Of a stretch of DNA of 64,000 nucleotides, positions 30,001-45,700 are shown in pieces. Below the pieces are notes generated by a model. The model had not been told where the DNA came from. It was given only the letters and a program-made list of their open reading frames with translations, and did no database searches. Position numbers and translations under genes: made by a program. This stretch comes from Eledone cirrhosa (Eukaryota). Position 1 is the first letter of the stretch. Each line of letters starts with the position of its first letter. The stretch lies in the NCBI GenBank assembly GCA_964016885.1, contig OZ024742.1, forward strand, positions 244,466,001-244,530,000, given 5' to 3'.

Positions 30001-33000
30001 ACTTACCACAGATAGTGGTAGTATATACTAGTGTGACTTACCATAGATAGTGATGGTATATACTAGTGTTACTTACTTTAGATGGTGATGGTATCTACTA
30101 GTGTGACTTACCACAGATAGTGACGGTATATATTAGTGTGACTTACCATAGACAGTGGTTGTATATACTAGTGTGACTTACCACAGATCGTGATGGTATA
30201 CATTAGTGTGACTTACCATAGTTAGTGATGGTATATAATAGTGTAACTTACTATAGATAGTGCTTGTATCTATAGTGTGACTTACCATAGATAGTGATGG
30301 TATATAATAGTGTGACTTACTATAATGAGTGATGGTATATACTAGTGTGACTTACCATAGATAGTGATGGCACACACTAGTGTGACTGACTATAGATAGT
30401 GATTGTATCTACTAGTGTGACTTGCCATAGATCGTGATGGTATACACTAGTGTGACTTACTATAGATTTACAATAGATAGTGATGGTATATACTAGTGTC
30501 AATTACCACAGATAGTGATGGTATCTACTAGTGTGACTTACCATAGATAGTGATGGTATATAGTAGTGTGACTAACAATAAATAGTGATGGTATATACTA
30601 GTGTGACTTACCACAGATAGTGATAGTATATACTAGTGTGACTTACCACAGATTGTGATGGTATACACTAGTGTGACTTATTATAGATAGTGATGGTATA
30701 TACTAGTGTGACTTACCACAGAGAGTTGTGATATATACTAGTGTGACTTACCATAGATAGTGATGGTATCTACTAGTGTGACTTACCATAGTTAGTGATG
30801 GTATATACTAGTGTGACTTACAATAGATAGTGATGGTATATACTGGTGTGTCTTACAACAGATAGTGATAGTATATACTAGTGTGACTAACCACAGATAG
30901 AGATGGTATATACTAGTGTGACTTACCATAGATAGTGGTCGTATATACTCGTGTGACTTACCACAGTTTATGATGGTACAGACTAGTGTGACTTACCATA
31001 GTTAGTGATGGTATATACTAGTGGGACTTACTACAGATAGTGATGATATCTACTAGTGTCAATTACCAGAGATAGTTGTGGTATATACTAGTGTTACTTA
31101 CCATAGATAATGATGGTATATACTAGTGTTACTTACTATAGATAGTGATGGTATCTACTAATGTGACTTACCATAGACAGTGATGGTATCTACTAGTGTG
31201 ACTTACCATACATAGTGGTGGTATTTACTAGTGTGACTGACCATAGATAGTGATGGAATATACTACTGTGAGTTACTATAGATAGTGATAGTAACTATTA
31301 GTGTGACTTACCATAGATAGTGATGGTATCTACTAGTGTGACTTACCCCAGATAGTGATGGTATATACTAGTGTGACTTACCATAGATAGTGATGGTATA
31401 TAATAGTGTGACTTACTATAATGAGTGATGGTATCTACTAGTGTGAGTTACCATAGATAGTGATGGTATATACTAGTGTCACTTACCACAGATAGTGATT
31501 GTATCTACTAGTGTGACTTACCATAGATAGTGATGGTATATACTAGTGTGACTTACCACAGATAGTGATAGTATCTACTAGTGTGACTTACCATAGATAG
31601 TGATGGTATATACTAGTGTGACTTACCATAGATAGTGATGGTATATACTTGTGTGACTTACCACAGATAGTGATTGTATATAATAGTGTAACTTACTGTA
31701 GATAGTGATTGTATCTATAGTGTGACTTACCATAGATAGTGATTGTATCTATAGTGTGACTTACCATAGATAGTGATGGTATATACTAGTATGACTTATA
31801 ATAGATAGTGATGGTATCTACTATTGTGACACTATAGATGGTGATGGTATCTACTAATGTGACTGACCATAGTTAGTGATGGTATATATTAGAGTGACCT
31901 ACCATAGATAGTGATGGTATATACTAGTGTGACTTACCATAGATAGTGATGGTATCTACTAGTGTGACTTACCATAGATAGTGCTGGTATATACTTGTGT
32001 GACATACCATAGATAGTAGTGGTATATACTAGTGTGACTGACCATAGATACTGATGGTATATACTAGTGTGACTTACCATAGATAGTGATGGTATACACT
32101 AGTGCGAGTTACTCTTGATAGTGATGGTATATATTAGTGTGACTTACTATAATGAGTGATGGTATCTAATAGTGTGACTTACCATTGATATTGGTGGTAT
32201 ATACTAGTGTCTCTTACTAGAGATAGTGATGGTATACACTAGTGTGACTTACCATAGATAGTGACAGTATATACTAGTGTATCTTACCACATAGAGTGAT
32301 GACATATACTAGTGTGACTTACCTTAGATAGTGCTGGCATATAATAGTGTGACTTTCTATAATCAGTGATGGTATCTATTAGTGTGACTTACCATAGACA
32401 GTGGAGGTATATACTAGTGTGACTTACTACAGAGAGTGAATGTATATACTAGTTTGACTTACCAGAGATAGTGATGGGACCCACTAGTGCTACTTACTAT
32501 AAATAGTGATTATATCTACTAGTGTGACGTACCATAGGTAGTGATTGTATCTACTAGTGTGAGTTACTATAGATGGAGATACTAGTGTGACTTACCACAG
32601 AGTGTGATGGTATATACTAGTGTGACTTACCATAGATAGTGATGGTATATAATAATGTGACTTACTATAATGAGTGATGGTATCTACTAATGTGACCTAC
32701 CATAGATAGTGGTAGTATATACAAGTGTGCCTTACTAAAGATAGTGATGGTATCTACTAGTGTGACTTACCAAAGATAGTGATGGTATATACCATTGTGA
32801 CTTACCAATGATAGTGGTGGTATATATAAGTGTGACTTACTATAGATAGTGATGGTATCTACTAGTGTGACTTACCATATAGAGTGATGGTATATACTAG
32901 TTTGAATTACCACAGATACTGATGGTATCTACTAGTGTGACTTACCACAGATAGTGATGATATAAACTAGTGTGACGGACCATACATAGTGATGGTATAT

Positions 33001-36000
33001 ATTAGTGTGACTTACTACAGATAATGATGGTATAGAGGAGAGTGACTTACTATAAAGAGTGATGGTATCTACTAGTGTGATTTACCACAGATAGCGATGA
33101 TATAAACTAGTGTGACTGACCATAGATAGTGATGGGATATACTAGTGTGACTTACAATAGATAGTGATGGTATATACTAGTGTGTCTTACCACAGATCGT
33201 GATGGTATACACTAGTGTGACTTAACATAGATAGTGATGGTATCTACTAATGTGACTTAGCATAGACAGTGATGGTATATACTAGTGTTACTTACTATAG
33301 ATAGTGATGGTATCTACTAGTGTGACTTACTATAGATAGTGATGGTATATACTAGTGTGACTTACCATAGACAGTGATGGTATCTACTAGTGTGACTTAT
33401 CATAGATAGTGATGTTATATACTAGTGTGACTTACTATAGATAGTGATGGTATCTACTAGTGTGACTTACTATAGATAGTGATGGTATCTACTAGTGTTA
33501 CTTACCATAGATAGTGATCGTATATACTAGTTTGACTTACCATAGATAGTGGTGGTATATACTAGTGTGACTGACCATAGATAGTGGTGGTATATACTAG
33601 TGTGACTGACCATAGATAGTGGTGGTATATACTAGTGTGACTGACCATAGATAGTGGTGGTATATACTAGTGTGACTGACCATAGATAGTGATGGTATAT
33701 ACTACTGTGAGTTACTATAGATAGTGATGGTATATACTACTGTGAGTTACTATAGTTTGTAATGGTATGTAATAGTGTGACTTACTATAATGAGTGATGG
33801 TATCTAATAGTGTGACTTACCATTGATATTGGTGGTATATACTAGTGTGCCTTACTAGAGATAGTGATGGTATCTACTAGTGTGACTTGCCACAGATAGT
33901 GATGGTATATACTAGTTTGACCTACCATAAATAGTGGATGTATATATAAGTGTCACTTACTATAGATAGTGATGGTATCTACTAGTGTGACTTACCATAT
34001 AGAGTGATGGTATATACTAGTTTGACTTACCACAGATAGTGTTGGTATATACTAGTTTGACCTACCATAGATAGTGGATGTATATATAAGTGTGACTTAC
34101 CACAGATAGTGATGGTATCTACTAGTGTGACTTACCACAGATAGTGATGATATAAACTAGTGTGACGGAGAATAGATAGTGATAGTATATATTAGTGTGA
34201 CTTACTACAGATAATGATGGTATAGACTAGTGTGACTTACTATAGATAGAGATGGTATATACTAGTGTGACTTACTATAAAGAGTGATGGTATCTACTAG
34301 TGTGACTTACCCCAGATAGGGATGGCATATACTAGTGTTACTTACTCTCGATAGTGATGGTATCTACTAGTGTGACTTACCATAAATATGGTATATACCA
34401 GTGTGCCTTACTATAGATAGTGATGGTATATGCTAGTGTGACTTACCACAGAGAGTGATGGTATACACTAGCGTGACTTACTATAGATAGTGATGGTATC
34501 TACTATTGTAACATAACACAGAGAGTGATGATATATACTACTGTGACTTACCATAGTTAGTGATGGTATATAATAGTGTGACTTACTATAATGAGTGATG
34601 GTATTGACTAGTGTGACTTACCACAGAGAGAAATGGTATATACTAGTGTGACTTACCATAGATATAATGGTATATAATAATGTGACTTAATATAATGAGT
34701 GCTGGTATCTACTAGTGTGACTTACCATAGATAATGGTGGTATATAAAAGTGTGACTTACTACAACGTGTGATGGTATCTACTAGTGTGATTTACCAGAG
34801 ATAGTGGTGGTATCTACTAGTGTGCCTTACTATAGATAGTGATGGTATCTACTAGTGTGACTTACCACAGATAGTGATGGTACACGCTAGTGTGACTTAC
34901 TATAAATAGTGATGGTATATACTAGTGTTACTTACTATAGATAGTGATGGTAACTACTTACCATATTACTTACCATAGACAGTGGTGAAATAGACTAGTG
35001 TTACATACTATAGATATTGGTGGTATTTACTAGTGTGACTTACCATAGATAGTGACGGTATATACTAGTGTAACTTACCACAGAGAGTAATGGTATATAC
35101 TAGTGTATCTTACCACAGAGAGTGTTGATATATACTAGTGTGACTTACCTTAGATAGTGTTGGTATATAATAGTGTGACTTACTATAATCAGTGATGGTA
35201 TCTACTAGTGTGACTTACCATAGACAGTGGAGGTATATACTAGTGTGACTTACTACAGAGAGTGAATGTATATACCAGTGTGACTTACGAGAGATAGTGA
35301 TGATATCTACTAGTGTGACGTACCATAGGTAGTGATTGTATCTACTAGTGTGACTTATTATAGATGGAGATACTAGTGTGACTTACCACAGAGTGTGATG
35401 GTATATACTAGTGTGACTTATTATAGATAGTGATGGTATATAATAATGTGACTTACTATAATGAGTGATGGTATCTACTAGTGTGACCTACCATAGATAG
35501 TGTTAGTATATACAAGCGTGCCTTACTAATGATAGTGATGGTATCTACTAGTATGACTTGCCACAGATAGTGATGGTATATACTAGTGTGACTTACTATA
35601 GATAGTGGTTGTATATATAAGTGTGACTTACTATAGATAGTGATGGTATAGACTAGTGTGACTTACCACAGATAGTGATTATATAAACTAGTGTGACGGA
35701 CCATAGATAGTGATGGTATATAATAGTGTGACTTACTATAAAGAGTGATGATTTCTACTAGTGTGACTTCCACAGATAGCGATGATATAAACTAGTGTGA
35801 CTGACCATAGATAGTGATGGGATAAACTAGTGTGTCTTACAACAGATAATGATAGTATATACTAGTGTGACTTACCACAGATAGAGATGGTATATACTAG
35901 TGTGACTTACCATAGATAGTGATGGTATCTTCTAGTGGGACTTACTACAGATAGTGATGGTATCTACTAGTGTAACTTACTAGAGATAGTGGTGGTATAT

Positions 36001-36587
36001 ACTAGTGTTACTTACCATAGATAGTGATGGTATATACTAGTGTTACTTACAATAGATAGTGATGGTATCTACTAGTGTAACTTACCCCAGATAGTGATGG
36101 CATATACTAGTGTTACTTACTCTCGATAGTGATGGTATCTACTAGTGTGACTTACCGTAAATAGTGGTGGTATATACCAGTGTGCCTTACTATAGATATT
36201 GATGGTATATATTAGTGTGACTTACGACAGATAGTGATGGTATCTACTAGTGTGACTTACCACAGATAGGGATGGTATACACTAGTGTGAATTACCATAG
36301 ATAGTGATGGTATATACTAGTGTAACTTACCACAGAGAGTGATGGTATCTACTAGTGTGACTTACAACAGATATTAGTAGTACACACTATTTTGACTTAC
36401 TATAGATAGTGATGGTATAGGCTAGTGTGACTTACCACAGAGAGTGATGGTATACACTAGCATGACTTAGTATAATGAGTGATAGTATTGACTAGTGTGA
36501 CTTACTATAATGAGTGATAGTATTGACTAGTGTGACTTACCACCGAGAGAAATGGTATATACTAGTGTGACTTACCATAGATATAAT

Positions 36588-36768
36588 TGTTTCTACTTTA
36601 GGCACAAGGCCAGCAATTACCCAGTGCATTACTGGTACATTATTTTATCGACCCCGTAAGGATGAAAGGCAAAGTCAACCTCGGCGGGAGTTGAACTCAG
36701 ATCGTAAAGGGACGTAACTATGCTGGAAAGCATGGCATTCGACACTCTACCGATACTGCCAATCCACC
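36588..36768 (-). mobile_element. tRNA-derived SINE (~180 bp), near full length
   Basis: On the - strand: A-box-like TGGCAGTATCGG, B-box-like GAGTTCAACTCC, central GCCTTTCATCCTTACGGGGTCGATAAAA, and 3' end GTAGAAACA. A 14-bp TSD ACCATAGATATAAT lies at 36574-36587 and 36766-36779, overlapping the 5' end by ~3 bp. Confidence 0.92.
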
Positions 36769-39700
36769 ATAGATATAATGGTATATAATAATGTTACTTA
36801 ATAAAATTAGTGCTGGTATCTACTTGTGAGACTTACCATAGATAATGGTGGTATATAAAAGTGTGACTTACTACAATGAGTGATGGTATCTACTAGTGTG
36901 ACTTACCAGAGATAGTGGTGGTATCTACTAGTGTGCCTTACTATAGATAGTGATGGTATCTACTAGTGTGACTTACCACAGAAAGTGATGGTACGCACAA
37001 GTGTGACTTACTATAAATAGTGATGGTATATACTAGTGTTACTTACTATAGATAGTGATCGTATCTACTTACCATATTACTTACCATAGACAGTGGTGAA
37101 ATATACTAGTGTGACTTACTACAGATAGTGATGGTATCTACTAGTGTAACTTACCAGAGATAGTGGTGGTATATACTAGTGTTACTTACCATATATATTG
37201 ATAGGTATATACTAGTGTTACTTACTATAGATAGTGATGGTATCTACTAATGTGGCTTACCATAGACAGTGCTGGTATATACTACTGTTACTTACTATAG
37301 ATAGTGATGGTATCTACTAGTGTGACTTACCACAGATAGTGATGATATAAACTAGTGTAACTGACCATAGATAGTGATGGTATATATTAGTGTGACTTAC
37401 TACCGATAATGATGGTATAGACTAGTGTGACTTACCAGAGATAGTGATGGTATATAATAGTGTGACTTACCACAGATAGTGACGGTATATACTAATGTGA
37501 CTTACCATATATAGTGGTGGTATATACTAGAGTGACTTACCACAGATCGTGATGGTATACATTAGTGTGACTTACCAGAGTTAGTGATGGTATATAATAG
37601 TGTAAATTACTATAGACAGTGATGGTATCTATAGTGTGACTTACCATAGATAGTGATGGTATCTACTAGTGTTACTTACTATAGATATTGAAGGTGTATA
37701 CTAGTGTGACTTACGACAGATATTTATGGTATCTACTAGTGTGACTTACCACAGATAGGGATGGTATACACTAGTGTGAATTACCATAGATAGTGATGGT
37801 ATATACTAGTGTAACTTACCACAGAGAGTGATGGTATCTACTAGTGTGACTTACTATAGATAGTGATGGTATATACTAGTGTGACCTACAACAGATATTG
37901 ATAGTATACACTAGTTTGACTTACTATAGATAGTGATGGTATATGCTAGTGTGACTTACCACAGAGAGTAATGTTATCTACTAGTGTGACATACCATAGA
38001 TAGTGATGGTATATACTAGTATGACTTACTACAGATAGTGATTGTATCTACTAGTGTGACTTACCACAGATAGTGATGGTATACAGTAGTGTGACTTACT
38101 ATAGATAGTGATGGTATTGACTACTGTGACTTACCACAGAGAGAAATGATATATACTAGTGTGACTTACCATAGATATAATGATATATAATAGTGTGACT
38201 TAATATAATGAGTGCTGGTATCTACTAGTGTAACTGACCATAGATAGTGATGGTATATACTAGTGTGTATTACAACAGTTAGTGATAGTATATACTAGTG
38301 TGACTTATCACAGATAGTGACGGTATATACTAGTGTGACTTACCATAGTTAGTGATGGTATATAATAGTGTACATTACTATAGATAGTGATGGTATCTAC
38401 TAGTGTGACTTACTACAGATAGTGATGGTATCTACTAGTGTAACTTACCAGAGATAGTGGTGGTATATACTAGTGTTACTTACTATAGATAGTGATGGTA
38501 TCTACTAATGTGACTTACCATAGACAGTGATGGTATACACTAGTGTGACTTACTATAGATAGTGATGGTATCTACTAATGTGACTTACTATAGATAGTGA
38601 TGGTATCAACTAGTCTTACTTACTATAGATAATGATGGTATATACTAGTGTTATTTACTATAGATAGTGATGGTATCTACTAGTGTGACTTACCATAGAT
38701 AGTGATGGTATACACTAGTGTGACTTGCCATAGATAGTGGTGGTATATACTAGTGTGACTTACCATAGATAGTGATGGTACATACTATTGTGAGTTACTA
38801 TAGATAGTGATGGTATTTATTAGTGTGACATACTATAGACAGTGATGATATGTACTAGTGTGACTTACCATATATAGTGTTGGTATATACCAGTGAGCCT
38901 TACTATAGATAGTGATGGTATCTTCTAGTGTGACTTACCACAGAGAGTTGTGATATATACTAGTGTGACTTACCATAGATAGTGATGGTATATAATAGTG
39001 TGACTTACTATAATGAGTGATGGCATCTACTAGTGTGACTTACCATAGATAGTGATGGTATATACTAGTGTGACTAACCACAGAGAGAGATGGTATATAC
39101 TAATGTGACTTACCACAGATAGTGATGGTATATAGTAGTGTGACTTACCATAGATAGTGGTGGTATATACTAGTGTGACTTACTCCATATCGTGATGGTA
39201 TACACTAGTGTGACTTATTATACATAGTGATGGTATCTACTAGTGTCACTTACCACAGAGAGTTGTGACATATACTAGTGTGACTTACCATAGATAGTGA
39301 TGGTATCTAATAGTGTGACTTACTATAGACAGTGATGGTATCTATAGTGTTACTTACTATAGATAGTGATGGTATATACTAGTGGGACTTACTAGAGATA
39401 GTGATGGTATCTACTAGTGTGACTTACCATAGATAATGGTGGTATATACTAGTGTGACTTACCATAGATAGTGATGGTATATACCAGTGTGACTTACTAT
39501 AGATAGTGATTGTATCTACTAGTGTGACTTACTATAGATAGTGATGGTATCTACTAGTGTGAATTACCATAGACAGTGATGGTATCTAGTAGTGTGACTT
39601 AACATAGATAGTGGTGGTATATACTAGTGTGACTTACTATAGATAGTGATGGTATGTACTAGTGTGACTTACCATAGATAGTGGTGGTATATACTAGTGT

Positions 39701-42700
39701 GCCTTACTATAGATAGTGGTGGTATATACTAGTGTGACTTACCATAGATAGTGATGGTATACACTAGTGTGACTTACCATAGATAGTGATTGTATACACT
39801 AGTGGGAGTTACTATAGATAGTGATGGTATATACTAGTGTGTCTTACCATAAATATTGATGGCATAGACTAGTGTGACTGACTATAGATAGTGATGGTAT
39901 GTACTAGTGTGACTTACCACAGAGAGGGATTGTATATACTAGTGTGACTTACCATAGATTGTAATGGTATATAATAGTGTGACTTACTATAATGAGTGAT
40001 GGTATCTAATAGTTTGACTTACAATAGATATTGGTGGTATATACTAGTGTGTCTTACTAGAGATAGTGAATGTATACACTAGTGTGACTTACCATTGATA
40101 GTGACGGTATATACTAGTGTAACTTACCACAGAGAGTGATGGTATATACTAGTGTGACTTGCCATAGATAGTGATGGTATATACTAGTGTGACTTACTAT
40201 AGATTTACCATAGATAGTGATTGTATATATTAGTGTCACTTACCACAGATAGTGACGGTATATACTAGTGTGACTTACCATAGATAGTAGTGGTATTAAC
40301 TAGTGTGACTTACCGCAGATCGTGATGGTATACATTAGTGTGACTTATTATAGATAGTGATGGTATCTACTAGTGTTACTTACCACAGAGAGTCGTGATA
40401 TATACTAGTGTGACTTACCATAGATAGTGATGGTATATAAGAGTGTAACTTACTATAGGTAGTGATGGTATCTATAGTGTGACTTACCATAGATAGTGAT
40501 GGTATCTACTAGTGTGACTTACTACAGATAGTGATGGTAACTTCATGTGTAACTTACCACAGATGGTGGTGGGACATACTATTTCGACTTACCATAGATA
40601 GTGATGGTATATACTAGTGTTATTTACTATAGATAGTGATGGTATCTACTAGTGTGACTTACTATAGGTAGTGAAGGTATCTACTAGTGTGACTTACCAT
40701 AGACATTGATTGTGTCTACTAGTCTGACTTTCTATAGATGGAAATGGTATCTACTAGTGTGACTTACCACAGTGAGTGATGGTATATACTAGTGTGACTT
40801 ACCATAGATAGAAATGGTATATAATAGTGTGAATTACTATAATGAGTGATTGTATCTACTAGTCTGACTTACCATAGATAGTGCTGGTATATATTAGTGT
40901 GCCTTACTATAGATAGTGGTGGTATATAGTAGTGTGACTTACTATAGATAGTGATGGTATCTACTAGTGTGACTTACCACAGATAGTGATGGTATATAGT
41001 AGTGTGACATACAATAGATAGTGATGGTATCTACTAGTGTGACTTACTACAGATAGTGATGGTATAGGCTAGTGTGAGTTACCACACATAGTGTTGGTAT
41101 ATAATAGTGTGACTTACTATAAAGTGTGATGGTATCTACTAGTGTGTCTTAATATAGATGGAGATGGTATCTACTAGTGTGACTCACTATAGATAGTGAT
41201 GGTATCTACTAGTGTGACTTACCATAGACAGTGATGGTATCTACTAGTGTGACTTACCATAGATAGTGGTGGTATATAGTAGTGTGACTTACCATGGATA
41301 GTGATGGTATACACTAGTGTGACTTACTATAGATAGTGATGGTATCTACTAATGTGACTTACTATAGATAGTGATGGTATCTACTAGTGTTACTTACTAT
41401 AGATAATGATGGTATATACTAGTGTTATTTACTATAGATAGTGATGGTATCTACTAATGTGACTTACCATAGACAGTGATGGTATCTACTAGTGTGACTT
41501 GCCATAGATAGTGGTGGTATATACTACTGTGAGTTACTATAGATAGTGATGGTACTTATTAGTGTGACTTACCATAGATAGTGATGGTATATAATAGTGT
41601 GACTTACTATAATGAGTGATGGTATCTACTAGTGTGACGTACCATAGATAGTGATGGATATACACTAGTGTGATTGACTATAGATAGTGATGGTATCTAC
41701 TAGTGTGACTTACCACAGAGAGTGATGGTATATAATAGTGTGACTTACTATAATGAGTGATGGTATCCAATAGTGTGACTTACCATAAATATTGGTGGTA
41801 TATACTAGTGTGCCTTACTAGAGATAGTGATGGCATACACTAGTGTGACTTACCACAGAGAGTGATGGTATATAATAGTGTGACCTACCATAGATAGTGT
41901 TGGTATTTAATAGTGTGACTTACTATAATCAGTGATGGTATCTACTAGTGTGACTTGCCATAGATAGTGATGGTATACACTAGTGTGACTTACTATAGAT
42001 TTACCATAGATAGTGATAGTATATACTAGTGTAACTTACCACAGATAGTGATGGTATGTACTAGTGTGACTTACCATAGATAGTGATGGTATATACTAGT
42101 GTGACTAACAATAGATAGTGATGGTATATACTAGTGTCACTTACAACAGATACTGATAGTATATACTAGTGTGACTTACCACAGATAGAGATGGTATATA
42201 GTAGTGTGAATTACCATAGATAGTGGTGGTATATACTAGTGTGACTTACTCCATATCCTGATGGTATACACTAGTGTGACTTATTATAATAGTGATGGTA
42301 TCTACTAGTGTGACTTACCACAGAGAGTTTTGATATATACTAGTGTGACTTACCATAGATAGTGATGGTATATAATAGTGTGACTTAATATAGATAGTGA
42401 TGGTATCTATAGTGTGACTTACCATAGATAGTGATGGTATATACTAGTGGGACTTACTAGAGATAGTGATGGTATCTACTAGTGTGACTTACCATAGACA
42501 GTGATTGTATCTACTAGTGTGACTTACAATAGATAGTGGTGGTATATACTAGTGTGACTTACCATAGATAGTGATGGTATATACTAGTGTGACTTACTAT
42601 AGATAGTGATTGTATCTACTAGTGTGACTTAACATAGATAGTGGTGGTATAGACTAGTGTGACTTACTATAGATAGTGATAGTATGTACTAGTGTGACTT

Positions 42701-45700
42701 ACCATAGATAGTGGTGGTATATACTAGTGTGCCTTACTATAGATAGTGATGGTATCTACTAGTGTGAATTACCATAGACAGTGATGGTATCTAGTAGTGT
42801 GACTTAACATAGATAGTGGTGGTATAGACTAGTGTGACTTACTATAGATAGTGATAGTATGTACTAGTGTAACTTACCATAGATAGTGGTGGTATATACT
42901 AGTGTGCCTTACTATAGATAGTGATGGTATCTACTAGTGTGACTTACCATAGATAGTGATTGTATACACTAGTGGGACTTACCATAAATAGTGATGTTAT
43001 ATAATAGTGTGACTTACTATAATGAGTGATGGTATCTACTAGTGTGACTTACCATAGATAGTGATGGCATAGACTAGTGTGACTGACTATAGATAGTGAT
43101 GGTATGTACTAGTGTGACTTACCACAGAGAGGGATTGTATATACTAGTGTGACTTACCATAGATTGTAATGGTATATAATAGTGTGACTTACTATAATGA
43201 GTGATGGTCTCTAATAGTGTGACTTACCATAGATATTGGTGGTATATACTAGTGTGTCTTACTAGAGATAGTGATGGTATACACTAGTGTGACTTACCAT
43301 AGATAGTGACGGTATATACTAGTGTAACTTACCACAGAGAGTGATGGTATATACTAGTATGACTTGCCATAGATAGTGATGGTATACACTAGTGTGACTT
43401 ACTATAGATTTACCATAGATAGTGACGGTATATACTAGTGTGACTTACCATAGATAGTAGTGGTATATACTAGTGTGACTTACCGCAGATCGTGATGGTA
43501 TACACTAGTGTGACTTGTTATAGATAGTGATGGTATCTACTAGTGTGACTTACCACAGAGAGTCGTGATATATACTAGTGTGACTTACCATAAATAGTGA
43601 TGGTATATAAGAGTGTAACTTACTATAGATAGTGATGGTATCTATAGTGTGACTTACTATAGACAGTGATTGTATCTACTAGTCTGACTTTCTATAGATG
43701 GAGATGGTATCTACTAGTGTGACTTACCACAGTGAGTGATGGTATATACTAGTGTGACTTACCATAGATAGAAATGGTATATAATAGTGTGAATTACTAT
43801 AATGAGTGATTGTATCTACTAGTCTGACTTACCATAGATAGTGCTGGTATATATTAATGTGCCTTACTATAGATAGTGCTGGTATATAGTAGTGTGACTT
43901 ACTATAGTTAGTGATGGTATCTACTAGTGTGACTTACCACAGATAGTGATGGTATATAGTAGTGTGACTTACCATAGATAGTGATGGTATCTACTAGTGT
44001 GACTTACTACAGATAGTGATGGTATAGGCTAGTGTGACTTACCACACATAGTGTTGGTATATAATAGTTTGACTTACTATAAAGAGTGATGGTATCTACT
44101 AGTGTGTCTTAATATAGATGGAGATGGTATCTACTAGTGTGACTTACCACAGAGAGTGATGGTATCTACTAGTGTGACTTACCACAGATAGTGATGGTAT
44201 ATAGTAGTGTGACTTACCATAGATAGTGATGGTATCTACTAGTGTGACTTACCACAGATAGTGATGGTATATAGTAGTGTGACTTACCATAGATAGTGAT
44301 GGTATCTACTAGTGTGACTTACTACAGATAGTGATGGTATAGGCTAGTGTGACTTACCACACATAGTGTTGGTATATAATAGTGTGACTTACTATAAAGA
44401 GTGATGGTATCTACTAGTGTGTCTTAATATAGATAGAGATGGTATCTACTAGTGTGACTTACCACAGAGAGTGATGGTATCTACTAGTGTGACTTACCAC
44501 AGAGAATGACGTTATATACTAGTGTGAATTACCATAGATAGTGATTGTATATAATCGTGTGACTTACTATAATCAGTGATGGTATCTACTAGTGTGACTT
44601 ACCATAGACAGTGGAGGTATATACTAGTGTGACTTACTACAGAGAGTGATGGTATATACTAGTGTGACTTACTACAGATAGAGATGGCATATACTAGTGT
44701 TACTTACTACAGATAGTGATGGCATATACTAGTGTTACTTACTCTCGATAGTGATGGTATCTACTAGTGTGACTTACCATAGATAGTGGTCATATATACC
44801 AGTGTGCCTTACTATAGACATTTATGGTATATACTAGTGTGACTTACGACAGATAGTGATGGTATCTACTAGTGTGAATTACCATACATTGTGATGGTAT
44901 ATACTAGTGTAAATTACCACAGAGAGTGATGGTATCTACTAGTGTGACTTACTTTAGATAGTGATGGTATATACTAGTGTAACTTACAACAGATATTCAC
45001 TAGTTTCACTTACTATAGATAGTGATGGTATATGCTATTGTGACATACCACAGAGAGTGATGGTATACACTAGTGTGACTTACTATAGATAGTGATGGTA
45101 TCTACTAGTGTGACTTACCACAGAGAGTGATGATATATACTAGTGTAACTTACCATAGATAGTGATGGTATATAATAGTGTGACTTACTATAATGAGTGA
45201 TGATATCTACTAGTGTGACTTACCATAGATAGTGATGGTATATACTAGTGTGACTTACTACAGATAGTGATTGTATCTACTAGTGTGACTTACCACAGAT
45301 AGTGATGGTATACAGTAGTGTGACTTACTATAGATAGTAATGGTATTGACTAGTGTGACTTGACATAGATAGTGATGGTATACACTAGTGTGAATTACTA
45401 TAGATAGTGATGGTATTGACTAGTGTGACTTACCACAGAGAGAAATCGTATATACTAGTGTGACTTACCATAGATAGAATGGTATATAATAGTGTGACTC
45501 AATATACTGAGTGCTGGTATCTACTAGTGTGATTACTATAGATAATGGTGGTATATAAAAGTGTGATTTACAATAGATAGTGATGGTATCTACTAGTGTG
45601 ACTTACTATAGATAGTAATGGTATCTACTAGTGTGACTTACCACAGATAGTGATGGTACACGCTAGTGTGACTTACTATAAATAGTGATGGTATCTAATA

